Below are positions 50,646 to 64,000 of a stretch of 64,000 bases of DNA, one piece after another. The notes under the pieces were generated by a model. That model saw only the letters and a list, made by a program, of their open reading frames with translations, was not told the DNA's origin and did not search any database. Origin of the DNA: Callorhinchus milii (Eukaryota); NCBI RefSeq assembly GCF_018977255.1, contig NW_024704742.1, forward strand, positions 118,732,001 to 118,796,000. Direction: 5' to 3'. Within the stretch, counting starts at the first letter, position 1, and the number at the start of each line of letters is the position of its first letter. A program made the position numbers and the translations under genes.

Positions 50646-51032
50646 ATCTATAACACGCTTTGGGAGACAAACAAAAAGCATATAGTGAGGGGCAGAGATT
50701 TTATATAGAGCTGTTTTATTTCATTTCTCATTCAAAGTACGTTACATCAAACATCACAGTGTTTGAGGGAATGCTATAGTGAAGCAATATATGGCTCACT
50801 GTTTGAATGGTTCCGATGCTAATTTGACACCTCAAGAATACAACTGCTATTTGAAGCTTTTTGCATTGGAGTGGATTTCCAATCTCCAAGAAACAAGAGA
50901 AATATAATCTTCTTTCTGAGACTGTGAGTGTCCCACTGTGTTTGTAGGAGGTTAAATATGGTTCTATTTATTGTACTGTAATATAGAGAATTTATTTTTA
51001 TCATGTTGGTGTTTATTAGTATTTGAACAGGA

Positions 51033-51179
51033 TGGGACATTGCTGTGCGCAATTGGCTGCCGCGTTCGCCCACAAATATACAGTCAATTCACTTTACAGT
51101 GTCTTCTGTGAAGCGCTTTGGGACGTCCTCCCGACGTGAAAAGCGCTATATCAAATGCAAGGATTATTATTATTATTAT
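51033..51179 (+). mobile_element. SINE 3' fragment
   Basis: Near-identical to the 3' part of 61735-62000. Confidence 0.88.
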
Positions 51180-52764
51180 GTTTTAAGAGTCTGTACTGTT
51201 TGTAGCCCTATTAGAGATGAGACACCATTGTGCAATAATAATGAAGGAATTATGATTATTCATAGTTAGCAACAGTGCACTGCTCTTTTGATCATTCACT
51301 TCACAACTATTGTGGGATCTCATGTACAAATCGTCTGCTGTGTTTGTCCACATAAGTTGACAGCAATTCCTAGCGAAGTGCTTTGAGATACTGTGACATT
51401 GTAAACGCAGCATCAAATGCAAAAAATATTATTGTTAATATAATTTATTCCAATTAATCCTTCAAACTAGTGCATGGAGGATTATCAAACTTTGATGGGC
51501 CTCAATATTTTAAAAACAGATGCAGTTCTTACTCCCTTTGAGATATGGGATATGTCACTCACTGCAGTAAATTAAATTCTACAATTTGAAACTTAAAATT
51601 TGTATCAATTTTCTTTTGGCCTCCTCTTTCAAGGCAACTACACCGGTTTGGGGTGGGGTGGGGGGGTTGGGGGTGGGGGGTAAAGAAGCAAGAGCTTGCA
51701 TTTTTATAACACTTTATCATGTTAAAACATCTCAAAGCACTTCAAAAGTAATTACTGTCTAGTACCATGAGTATTTATGTAAGCAAATCCACCAGACATT
51801 TGTGCCACCAAGATCCACCAACAGCCATGAGATCAATGGGAAATTAATTTGGGGGATTGTTAACCAGAGAACTAGATGACTCTATGAACTCAGGGTACTG
51901 GAAATCTCCTGGTGCCTTCTTCATTCTTCATGTATGAAGTAACTGTGTTCAAATGTGGAAGGCATCACAGTTAAACCCAATCATGATTTCACTCAGAGTT
52001 CACATAGATGCTTAGTTTCCAGTAGGGGATAGAGCTTGAATAGGGAGATCAATAATGGAACCCCTGGCTGTTACTTCTTTCTTCCCATTGAGCTAATTGG
52101 GATAAGATTGTCCTTATCAATCAATATAATATTATCAGGATGATATTATCCTGGGATAAGATTGGCTAACGCAGCACATATTACGGATTGAATAACCATC
52201 TTCTGGTAGTATTGCTTAGGAGTATTCTTAGCAAAGTCCTTACCCATGAACCTTGTTTGTCAATTGGATGAGGCTCATGTTTAGCACTGGGTTGCAGTGA
52301 GGTGGTGTCTTGAGCAAGTGGCACATTTCAACATAAATTGGGACTAGATTTTCCAAGCTGTTCTATAAAGACTGGGGTATTAAAAAAAACTATAATATAA
52401 TAGTTAGAAACAAATTAATATGCAATATCTCCAGCTTGAGTGTCTTTCATTATTTTATCCATTTTTTTCTTTCACCAGTTCTTTGTTTTAAATGTTGGAT
52501 CTACTCACGCATTCAAAAGAAACTGATACAACTCTGGAATTATTTGGGAGTTACATTATATACTGGTTATAAAGGACAGTGATGCACAGAAAGTAGTTTA
52601 TATAAATTCTCCGTTGAAAGAGCCAAATGTCAAAATCAAGAATCTCCTAAGGAACCTTCCTTGTAAACCAGGATAGACATGATGATATTACAATGTTGCT
52701 AATAAGTTCCTAAGTGTTTTTTTATTCTGCTGATGTATTTATGTATAACTGGTTTTCTTTAATG

Positions 52765-53115
52765 AAGCAAGAGAACCTGGGTTCGATTCCCGGGTAGGGC
52801 AAAACCTTAAGCATTGGATCTAATGACCATCCTTATTCCACACGCGTCTGTTTACCTAGCAGTAAGTAGGAACCCAGTTGTTAGTCGATTGGCAGATCGT
52901 TTTCCGGGGGTAATAATCCCTTCAAAAAAACATGTGGTCACTCAATCCATGCTCAATCCATGACTATTTGTGGGATACTGCTGTGTGCATTTGTTTGCTG
53001 CATTTCACCTACAAAATGTACTGTCAATTCACTTTACAATATATTCTGTGAAGAGCTTTGAGATGTCTCAAAGATGTGATAAGGCGCTATATCAAATGCA
53101 AGGATTATATTATAA
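52765..53115 (+). mobile_element. tRNA-derived SINE, long subfamily
   Basis: B box GGTTCGATTCC, central segment, L2 tail. Confidence 0.87.
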
Positions 53116-54529
53116 TACACTTTCAAAACATTGAAAAATTTTGCGCTGCAACAGATGTTAGGTTTAAATGCAATGTGTCACACTGTTTTGGAAAACTACC
53201 ACTGAACTACCAATGTCTTTCAGCTGAGAGTCATAAGCAATATGCTTTATATCAGAAATCATAATGTATTGGAGAGAATTATAGTTAAGGGATGGGGTAA
53301 TGAAAATAATTGCATTTCTTAAATGTGGAAGGGAAAATTATGGTATTGTTTCTAAATACTCTTGAGCGAGCCAAAAGGTTTATTTTTAACATATGAAACT
53401 GAACAACATTGAAAGTCGTTGGAAAAGGCCACTGCAATTTCAGTTGCCAATGAATACTTGGCCTGGGTGTTTTTTTTTTGTTAGCTTTTTTTTCTTTTTG
53501 AAATAAAGTAGGTTAACGCTAATGACACAACTATTTACATAGCAACATCACAACAACCAACAATGTTCAATATATTTCTGACAATCTTAAATGTAGTAGT
53601 TTGTCTCACAGACAAATTCTGAGAGTTAATTACTACATATGGTTTGCACTGGAAACATTGATTGATACAGGTGTTAACCTCCAAAATCTAGGATTGCAAT
53701 TCAAAATGGAAATCAAAACTTTTGAAATAAATAATAGTGTACCATCCGTAAAACTGCAATTTAGCTTAATGCATGCAAAGCCAATCTTAAGCAAAGCTAT
53801 TCATATGGATGCCTCTTATTGAAACCAATCTTAAGAAGCACAATTAATAATATGGCTGTCTCTTAACAAATATAAGCCATAGAATCCTATAGAATTACAC
53901 AGACTGTACAGTACTGAAATAGGCCATTTGATCCAACTAGTCTGGGCCGGTATTTATACTCCACATGAGCCTCCAATACCTTCTCCCTCATGTATGTAGC
54001 ACAGTTTCTCTTAAGTGAATTGATTTAAGGGAGCAGTGATGTGTCATTAATTCCACACACCCTGACACCTGCACAGTGACACATTGCATCTAATGCAATT
54101 TCACATTGGATCTAATGACCAAATCTGCTTGTTCTGTTTATGAAGATTTCTCATCGGACTTTTCAGTTCTTCGCAGGGTTTGATCTCTTTTGGTTGCTGC
54201 ACACTTTTTGCCCACCGATTTTTCAAGATTTTAGTAAAGACCTCTATGTTGACATTTTAGTTGTGCACAAACAAATTTGCCACTGCTTCTTTTTGTCTTT
54301 CTAGAATAAGTGTAAAACACTGTAAATGAAGATATAGTATATGTATACATTAAAGGATGCTTTGAAATGTAAGAAACATGGTATTAAGTTATTTTCATAT
54401 TCATAGTTTATTGAAACAAAGCTATTCAAAAGCACAATTAAGTACATATGTGTACTTCAACAATGACAACAGGATAATGGCACTGATGTTAGTATGTTCA
54501 AGGCATAGTTTAGATAGTTTAACCCAACA

Positions 54530-54938
54530 TAGAGACTTGGTGCTCACAGTCCAGGCTGACACTCCAATAAAGTACTGGGGATACACTACATTATCGGAAG
54601 TGCTGTCGTTCAGATGAGCCACTAAACCAAGGATTCTTCTGCCTGTTCAGGTGGATGTTAAAGATCCCAGTGCACTATTCAGAAAGAGAAGGGAATTTCT
54701 CCTGGTGTCCTGGCCAACAATACCATCCAATAAAATTAGTCATTCACTTCATGGCTGTGTGTGGGATATTATTGTAATAATAAATAATAATACTTGATAC
54801 TTGTTAGTTGTGTGCAAACTGACTGCTAAGTTCACTTAAAAAAGAAACAGTCACTGCACTTTACAGTGAATCTTCTGAAGCATTTTGAGACTCTCTCCTG
54901 AGCTGAAAGGCGCTACATCAAATGCAAGGATTATTATT
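54530..54938 (+). mobile_element. Ancient Deu-domain SINE with L2-type tail
   Basis: caggtggatgttaaagatcccagtgcactattcagaaagagaagggaatttctcctggtgtcctggccaa; ends gaaaggcgctacatcaaatgcaagg. Confidence 0.8.
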
Positions 54939-55130
54939 GTATTCATTCAAGATGGTAGTGTGAATAAGTTTTCAAAAACAATTGAATTATGTCTGTGGCT
55001 GAAAATGGTAACCATTTTTCTTCTCATATTTGACTGGTCTTTGCAAAGTATTGTATAGTTCATAAGTTACCTCTTCAATAACGCTCACTCATGTGGCCAC
55101 ATGTGCTAACCTGGCTTCGGTCTACATATT

Positions 55131-55164
55131 GTTGCAGAAAACTATTGGCCAGTAGATGTCGCCA
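55131..55164 (+). promoter_or_regulatory. Candidate CTCF site with upstream TGCAG module
   Basis: GTTGCAG-aaaactat-TGGCCAGTAGATGTCGCCA; one mismatch to TGGCCASYAGRKGGCRS. Confidence 0.6.
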
Positions 55165-58064
55165 TTTAAATCAATAACACATTGCAGGTACCTGCTGGAA
55201 TGCTGAGATTTTCTCTAAGGAAAATCTCCAGCAGGACGGCTTGTACTCCTACATTTCTTTTGAACAAAGAAGCTTAAGTTATGATCAAAGTATATCTCCT
55301 GATGGAGTGATGAGATGTAGGTTGCATCTTTAGCCCCCGAGGCACCACAGTAATTCCTACCAAGAGGAGAGGGGAGCTTGGCAGATTAAACCCAAACACT
55401 TTCTCAACTTTCCCACTGATGACATTTGTCTCACTCACATTTTTTTAAAAAAAGAAGAGGTTGAGAGAATATGTTTTTACAGTGAGCCTTATGATTGCAG
55501 TACCAGTAACTGGTTGATGGAAAATGCATAATAGCTTTTAAAAGGGAGCTAGACAAATAGATTGAAAAAGAGAAAAACCTAAAAGTGCCTGGAGAAAGGG
55601 CAGGGGAGTAGGACTAAATGGACAGCTTCTTCAGAGGCAGGCACAGGCATGATAGTCTCCTGCGTTGCCAAAATTCTATGATTTGGAATCTTTTCTGCAG
55701 TGATTCAATGTCAAGTATGGATCTCCACCGTTTTCCATAGGATGCCCTTTCTATACAGAGACAATCTTTTGAATTCCAAGTTTCACAGTGCTCACCTGTT
55801 ATTGAAGAATGATAAGAAAGAGTGTCTGCTTAGTTCAATTACCTCCGAGATACAAATGCTGCTCAAGTGCAGTATTTAGAGAAAGGGTTTTTATCTGATT
55901 TCTTTTCACATTGGGTGCATTTAACCTCATTGCTAGCCAGACGTTTACCCTTAGTCAATGTTGCATATGATTCCTCAGAACTATATTCAGGGGTAAATAC
56001 TTCCAAGATCCGTTTCTACTCTTTGACTATTAGGTCTTGTTGTGATTGTTCTTCCCTTTGTGAGCAATGAGCATATGTCTGTCTACAGTAAATCTGTTTC
56101 ATTCGATTTTAATTATGTAATTAAGGGTACCTGTAAATCCTTCTCCACACATATATATTTACATATGGTATACATATCAATGTCATTTAATGCATGTTCT
56201 AAGAAACCCATAATACTGTTGATCCCATCATGTAATATATGGTCTAGGAAATCCATAACTCTCCCAGCTTTAGGAAGCCAAGATTAGCCAAGGCTCCAAT
56301 ACCCAATGTGATTCCAACCCTCCCACAGGAATAATATCAACCTGTCCATTTTCCATTCCTCCAGCTCCCACACACACCCACACATCTCAGTCCAACCAGC
56401 CTAAAAGATGGCTCACAGTTTCGATCATGAATCAGAACCTCAATATATGTGTGTGCAGGTAATGTGTTACTTAACATATGCTCTGTTTTTCATCAGGACC
56501 TGAGAAAATGTGTTAACTATTTCTAATAAAAAGAGCAAGAAAATCCTGTGGAAAAGGTGAGAAGGATATTTTTCCCCCAGTTTTTTGCTGTGTACCAATA
56601 AAAAGGTTCCAGGTGAGAGCTATTTATCTGTCAAATACTTTTCCTTTTATAAGATACTAGTAATGGGACAGAATTTTACTAGCAACCAGGTAATTTGACC
56701 AACGCCTTTTCGCACTGTGAACCTATATATTTAACCAGCAGTTCAACCAAGGCAACAAGTGCCAATATTGCAATATCATTACTGACCAGTCTGTTTGAAA
56801 ATGCAGTCACAAAGATGTTACTAAGAATTACACTAACAAGCCTTAAAGTAGAAAAAGGAATTATAACAAAAAGATATTTTTCTTTATGAAAAACTGGTTG
56901 AATTATAATTTTGATACAATATGTTTTGCTTTTGATATTGGTATATGTAACATCTCTTATGCAAGGATTTTTATTAGATTCACTTAAAAAGATTTTATTT
57001 TACCATATCTTTAAAATCGGTTTCACTTTTAGTAATGGGAGGCAGGGACTCTTCCCACTTATCCCCTGTTAACCCCGCAAGCCAAAGCTCTAATGAGTAG
57101 GGTGGTCTGTAGCTGGACAAGCAGCAGGAAAGCTTGCCAGACAGCGCTATCAATGGCAAGCTATGTGGTTTTAGCTGGTTAGACTCCAAAAGTACCCCAA
57201 CACAAATTCTGGGTCCCCAAGCCTTGGCTCTTGCCAACCTGCGCCTAATTCCTTTCCGGAATTAGGTAAATAGGATGCATCCTCTCGGGAGACTGTTCAT
57301 TCCATTCCAGACACGGGAATTTCCATGTGTAGGTGGTGTATGTATGTGGAACTCTGTCTGGTTTGGGTACTCTTATACGTGGTGAAGGGTTTCAGTAGGT
57401 GTCAGACACCAGGCTGACCAAAACAAATATTTTTGGTTAGTGGTATTTCATAGACATCATTATAACTATTTATTTTATTTTATTGAGTTTAATGTGCTTA
57501 TGTTATTCACAAACTAAACGTTGGTAGCAAATTGTGTGCAGACTGCAAACTCCAATTATAGTTGATGGAGAATGAATGGATTCACTCATATAATTTTACA
57601 AGTCACCAGAACTTGTTTCAGAAGCTCAAGACAGATGATAATATTTTTGAGTAAACTGTTCTGATTGATTACTTTTTAAATAAGTTTAATTCTCTTTAAA
57701 TGTGAAATAAAGAGACTTATATGTAGAAACGCCTGTGACTACCAGTTGTTAGTCAACTATTGTTCCCCTTCAAAGATTTTACAAAGATTTGACTTAATTC
57801 TTGACAGAGTTTAGTGGAGAATGAAACATTGACGAAACCTACATGATCAAACACTCTACCGCCACAATGGTTCCTGTACTGTTGTGACTTCAAATTCCAC
57901 GAGTATTCAAGCAAATATCCAGGATATTGTTCGATCAATGCAACCCACACGAGTCATCAATAGTTCTCTGAGAAAAAAATTGTAGACATTTATGTGCTAG
58001 TGTTGTTATTTCACTTTTAAAAGGGAAGAGCCCTATTAAACTGTGAAGTGGTAAAATACAATAC

Positions 58065-58497
58065 AAAATTACATTTGTAAAGCGCCTTCCACATCCCAAG
58101 GCACTGAACAGTCAGGGATTAGAACCCGAACGGGTGGGGGGGATGGGGTGCAGGGGGATGGGGTGCGGGGGGGGGAGGTGGGGTGGGGTGTGGATGGAGG
58201 GCAGAGAGGGTAGGAGGGTGGCCGAAGGCACGGTTGAAGAGGAGAGTCTTGAGGCATGCCTTGAAGGAGGCAAGGGAGGGAACGAGACAAAGGGAATGTG
58301 GGATAGAGTTTCAGAAGGTGGGGGCAGGGAGGCTGAAGATCCTGACCGCCGATGGTGGGGCAGGCCATGTGGGGGACATGGAGCAGGCTGGAGCCTGCTC
58401 AGCGGAGGAAGCAGACAAGTTGATAAGGGGTCAGCACGTCGGAGAGATAGGAGGGAACAAGACCAAGGAGGGCCTTGAAGGTGAGGACAAGAACTGC
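58065..58497 (-). mobile_element. L2 3' fragment
   Basis: Reverse-complement L2 tail and body. Confidence 0.85.
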
Positions 58498-60039
58498 ACA
58501 CAATCTGCAGAAGGATCGGGCTTGATAGAGGCTTTTAGTGCAGTTTGGTAATGTCCGTGCCTTCCACCACCCTTCAGTTTACCTACACAATAATTAAGTT
58601 GCAGGGATACTGCATTGGAGTGTCAGCCTTGATTGTGAGTTCAGAGTCCCAATGTGGGCTTAGGCCCATAGCTTTCTGACTCAGAGACAGTTCTACCAAT
58701 TGAGCCAGGCTGCAAATAATAATAATAATTCTTCCATTTGAAATAGCGCCTTATCACGTAGTTGAGACATCTCAAAGCACTTCACAGAATATACTCTAAA
58801 GTGAATTGACTGTGTTTTGTGGGTGAAACAACCATGTAACTGTGACATGCAAAAGCAATATGTACTTTGAACTGAACCAATTCACTGCAATCCCCCATCC
58901 CCTCCCCCCATTTCTAGATTGTAAAAGAACTGAGCAATGAACTATTGTTGAATGATAAGGGTTTTCCTTTTTGCCCCAGAGGGAGAGAGAACACATGAAA
59001 AGTGGTCCAGTAGTAATTTGAGTGGTACTACTCAGATATAAAATTCATGCATCATTAGCCTGGCTGGTTCCTGCTCTCCACTAAAAATAAAAGGAATTGG
59101 TGATACGTGATGGAAATCACATGGTGGCTTTGCACTTCCATGTTTGTTGTGGTGACTTTTACATTCTTTCACACAATAACAAATTCTCCCGGTAGACTCC
59201 CTCTGACATCAAACCCTGAGAGTCTTTTAATGACCAGTGTTAAAATTGTGCTTTTTGTGTTCTGTGCATTTTGCCACAAAGCTAATGAGCTGCAGTCTTT
59301 TTGATCAGACATCTTCCTGCTGTTAAGAGTCCTTAGGGCTCTTATACAAACAGCATACCCTTTCACTTGATGCGGTTATAATAAAACCACATCCATGTGC
59401 TTCTGGTTTGAGGGATAGTGCCACCGTTACGCAAGTTTTTAACTAATTGCCTTTCTTTGATGTAATAAAGAATGTTCTAAATGAATAACACATCACCGTG
59501 ACATTTCAATGCAACCTTGTATATACCTAGATCTAATGTACGCATTTTCTATTTATCATGTTATATTTGCCCGAGGTTTTAAGAATCAACACAGCTTTGT
59601 GAGACATGTACCTTTTTATAAGGTCGACTGTTGATTTTCAGTACAGACCATGTACTGGTTGCCTGGAAATGCTGAATGGAATTGTGTGTTTGAGCTGGAG
59701 GTAGAGTTAGAGGTGAGATATATCCCCCCTGGCTTGCCTCTGGTTTTGATGATTTGTCATAAACCCTAATCTGTCTGGAGTCAGGGTTCCCTGCCATGGA
59801 GAAACCGAACAGTTCTAGCCGTTTGTGCCAGACTGCATTTGGTTCCTTCTGCCAGGTGATTCTGTGACTGCCTCAGGCATTGGAAACTATGAAAGAATGG
59901 GCAGGCTGTTCACCTGTTCTCCCTACTGAAGCTCTAGCAAAGCTAGAAAGTCTAAAGGAGCAACTGCATCAGAAATCAGAAATAAAACTCTAAACTCTGC
60001 AACAGTCTAGTGGGTAATGCCACTGCCACACTAAAGCCC

Positions 60040-61135
60040 CTCCACTCTCTCCCCTCCCTTAAAGCCCACCTTAAGATTTGTGTTTTTCAATCACACTTTC
60101 GGTCATCTTTTCTCTGCCCCACTCTCCTCAGGATCTCCACACACCACTCTCCTCCCCCCCACCAGCTCAGGTGCTCAGTCAGCTGTATTAAGCTCTTTGA
60201 GACATCCTCCGAACGCGAAAGGTGGTATATAAATATAACTCGTTGTTGTTCTTGGAGGCCACAGTCTAGAAAGTGGTAGGTTTCCAACTGGGGAACCCAT
60301 AGTGCCCTCAGTACCCATGGGGTTGGGAGGAAAATTCAGCCAGAGTTCGTGCTTCTGATCCCTATCAAGAGGCCCCTGTTGGAAAGTAGATGTGAATTGA
60401 CAGGATCAGGCTTTGCAGAGCACTTCACTTGCTGGAAATCTGCTCTGACCTGATCCACTTTCAGAGTTCCTAGTAAATGCTGCGATAAACTTTTAGTTAC
60501 CAATTAAGAAATCCTGATAGAAAACACCACACAGTAGACCCAATTTCTTATTTCAGACAGAAAACCAACTTAACTGTACTCCAGAGCAAGAAGTGATATT
60601 CTTGTCAGCTGCCTTAGTAAGTGCGAAAAAATCAGGGCAATGCTTGGAAGTCATCTAAAGCAAGAAGCATAGAGAAGAGACCGCCACAGAGGTAAATAAC
60701 ACTGAGGATCAGAAGGAAATCCAAATTCAAAATTGGTTGCAAAACTCAATATTTAATTGCATCTCATTTGAACACTGGAGACTATTTGGCTGAAAGGTCT
60801 TCTCAGTTATTGAATAGATTTGAAAAATGGAGCTATGGGCTATGGATGAATACTCAGAAAGTATGTAATAGTTTCCTACAGAATATGAACTGGTTGGGTG
60901 AAATCAATAAGATAGATATTATCTTATAGTCATAGTCAACAAAAGCAACATCAACACAACTTGCATTTGGATTGCACCTTTCACGGGGGGGTAGTGTCTT
61001 GGATCGCTTAACAGTGGTAGGGTCTGACGCTGAGCTGGGTGGAGGGGAGAGGTGACATGGTCAAAGAGGAAGATCTTCAGGCGTGATCGGAAAATGGGGA
61101 AGGAGGGGGCAAGGCGGAGGGATTGAGTTGTGGGC
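60040..61135. mobile_element. Two short L2 tails (60040-60250 on +; 60950-61135 on -)
   Basis: Tail motifs gaaaggtggtatataaat and acttgcatttggattgcacctttcacg. Confidence 0.65.
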
Positions 61136-61734
61136 ATGAAAGGAGTGGGCTTAATTGGCCAAATTGCCCAGTCTCATTCCATGTTTTCTTATTGTTCTTA
61201 TGACTGTTATGCCAATTTGCACACAAACCATCTGAAAAAACTGGGCACCTGAGCTAAATTGTAGGGCTAGAAGGTGAAATTTTAACTGTTTTAGGATTTG
61301 CTCTGAGAACATTTTTTGCTTTGATCCAGACTACAATCACAGTATATATTAAATACCATAGTTGACACTTACAACAAGCCATTAAACCACAATACCGCTA
61401 ATTTAAGGTGCCAATCCTGTTGAACAGACAGGCTGCTATTAATTAGAAACAGGCAGACTTGTATTATTTGCAGCAGTTTTCAATAAACATTCATAGATCC
61501 AAGAGTTTCAGTTCATCTGTTATAATATGCCCAAGCTTCAGTAGCAGAGATGGGCAAATGCAATGTTACACTGGCAAAGTTCTGGTCAAGAAAGACTGTG
61601 TTGGTGATACCCGTAGTCTTAAATGTTTACTAAAGTCCCCTATCATTTTCAGAAAAAGAATCCTCTCAGATCTTCACTCCAAACTAAACAATGTAAAACA
61701 ACTCCAAAAGTTAAACAATATTTAGCGAGTGTGA

Positions 61735-62000
61735 TCCAGGCAGGGCGAAACCTTGGGCAAGTTTCCTTACTCCACACGCCTAATAATAATCCCTCCAAAA
61801 AACCAAAAACAATAATTAAATTGGTCATTTTTCAATCTACGACTGTTTGTGGGACATTGCTGTGCGCAATTGGCTGCCGCGTTCGCCCACAAATATACAG
61901 TCAATTCACTTTACAGTGTGTTCTGTGAAGCGCTTTGGGACGTCCTCCCGACGTGAAAAGCGCTATATCAAATGCAAGGATTATTATTATTATTATTATT
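61735..62000 (+). mobile_element. 5'-truncated SINE, short subfamily
   Basis: Starts ccaggcagggcgaaaccttgggcaag; (TTA)n tail. Confidence 0.92.
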
Positions 62001-62294
62001 GTTTTTAATAATACACGATGAGAATCACTCAGTTAGATTGAGTCACTTCCATGGTTTTCAGTTGTTGGGACGTCCTCCCTACATGAAAGGCGCTATACAA
62101 ATGTAATTTTGGATTGTATTGCTCTGCAAGAGATTATCAAACCATTTAAAAACTTGCACAAAAGGCAAATGAACAAACTAATCAAATCTATTGTTCTATC
62201 AGCCAAAAGTGAAGATTAGTTTCACGCACTATTTGGACTTGAAGAGATTGTTAAGCTTTTTAAAAATATCTTATTTTGGATAATGTGCTGATAA

Positions 62295-62930
62295 CTCCTG
62301 TAGCTCTGTGGTTAGAGCACTCGCCTCTAAAGCGATGGGACCTGGGTTTGATTCCTGGGCAGGGTGAAACGTTAGGTAAGTTTCCTTACTCCACGCGCCT
62401 CTGTAGGAACTCAGTTGTTGGTCGATTGGCTCATTGCTTTTCTGGGGATAATAATTCCTTCAAACAACATTTTTTTTGAAGCCACATGCCCCATTAGTTG
62501 CAATTTACTTAATTTTCGAAAAGGTTTCCTGCAGTTAGGTTTTTTTTATGGTAATTTGATGGAATTCTGTGCCATCTACTCAGCAGTTTAGTTATGTCGC
62601 TCATGGAGAGAAAAGATATCAACGCGTACTCGGTGGTCCAAATGGCCTGTTTCTGTGCTGTGATAATAATAATAATCCTTGCATTTGATGTAGTGCCCTA
62701 ATACAACTTTGAGACATCTCAAAGCGCTTCACAGAATATACTGTAAAGTGTATTGACTGTGACTGACTATTATTTCCTTCAAGGGATCATTATCCCCAGA
62801 AAGCGATCAGCCAATCGACCAACAACCGGGTCCCTATTTACCGCTTGGTAAACAGAGGCGTGTGTGTGGAGTAAGGAAACTTGCCCAAAGTTTTGCCCTC
62901 TCTGGGAATCGAACCCAGGTCCCATCACTT
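62295..62930. mobile_element. Two long-subfamily SINE copies in opposite orientation (62295-62478 on +; 62662-62930 on -)
   Basis: Head plus central segment on +; reverse-complement copy about 180 bp downstream. Confidence 0.82.
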
Positions 62931-64000
62931 CGTGATATTCAGGAATTCCATGATCCTAAAGTTTATCTTAGCGTTCCTGCTTATGTGTTATCAAGCATCA
63001 TTAAAATAATTATTTACACCGATTAATATCATTTTTTAGTGAAAATCAATTGGTTCAAAAAAATTTACATGGCTTTTGAGCATATTCCCGGCACTGGGTT
63101 ACAGGCAGAAAGATTTCAGTATGCAAGAGGTAATTGGAAGTTCCAAAATAAATCCTGGTCTTCAGTAAATTTACTCGGGGTATTATTTTCTGTGTTAAAT
63201 TTTCATCACCACTACCATTTCCTCTATTTTTCACACAAATATCTCAAATAATATTTTATTTGTGATTGAAAATCAACCATAATAGTCCTGACTTATGCAT
63301 TTTTTTTCACATAAAGAACACTTTAGTAGCATAATCTGTAAAGGTATCCAAAATGCCTGGATACAACATTGTACAAGTTCTTGCAAAAGTCACAAATGGA
63401 AAATTGGTTTGCCACAAATGTAGAAAGCAGAAGGTAATACCCAAGGGCCCCTTCAACAGGAACTCATCTCTGGAGTCGCCTCAATATGCTTGCCGTGTGC
63501 TCTGAATTTTCAATATCAAATATCAGAGCACTCACATAGCTTGGATACTTTAACCGTGACAAGCAAACAACAGATTGTCCCATCCTACAGACTCCCAGTA
63601 CTATTAACTTCTCTGGAAAACATTTGGTTCTTGGCTCTTAAAGATAATCTTTAAGTGTTTTGATTTGCAACATTCTGTTGATACTCTCATTGTGTCCATT
63701 GTTTCTTATTGATTGATATTTTGGGGGAATTTCTCTGAGAGTCCAGCTGTATTTATCCCTTGGGTTGTGAATTTGCTTTGGTATGGACTTACCACAGTAA
63801 TACCTCAACTCAATCTGTACTCTAGGGTCCATTCTGTTATGGGTCTAGAGTTTAAAACATCTGATAATTTATTGTAAAACCTCAAACAGAAGTAAGACTC
63901 AATGAGTCTGCAGCTCACCACTTTGGTATTCTTGAAATGTTGTCAACTGGCTGCACATTGTCACTAAGCATGTTTTATTGTGTCTGTATTTTTTTGGGTC

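Noticed and set aside
56497..56556. Exon-like segment on + (catcAG|...AAG|GTGAGA)
   Set aside because: Stops in all three frames and no supporting neighbours; at most non-coding.
50650..63500. Expected neighbouring gene (MTX3 in mammals)
   Set aside because: No recognisable exons found by eye.

Overview
Eukaryotic (vertebrate) genomic DNA, most likely a cartilaginous fish; this is inferred from the repeat families (L2 and CR1 LINE fragments, Deu-domain SINEs, a young tRNA-derived SINE with an L2 tail), not proven. The window holds one complete + strand gene, CMYA5 (myospryn/TRIM76) or a close paralogue. I assembled 13 coding exons from ATG 915 to TAA 48536, all with GT-AG boundaries and consistent phases (7341 nt, about 2446 aa): an acidic exon 1, a 5.6-kb exon 2, then B-box, coiled-coil, two FN3 domains and a SPRY domain. 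Most short ORFs in the track are LINE debris or noise. No prokaryote-type system (CRISPR, operon) is present and I cannot claim a new biological system. The best leads are repeat modules inside exon 2 (3 x 158 aa, an NPF/DPF-bearing 8-aa array, 3 x ~45 aa), a 1.17-kb foldback element in intron 6, a modular SINE/L2 family with a covarying 3' hairpin, two local duplications, inverted repeats around in-frame exon cassettes and a downstream CTCF-like site. Repeat coordinates are approximate, and all family assignments and comparisons to human sequences are from memory, not database searches.
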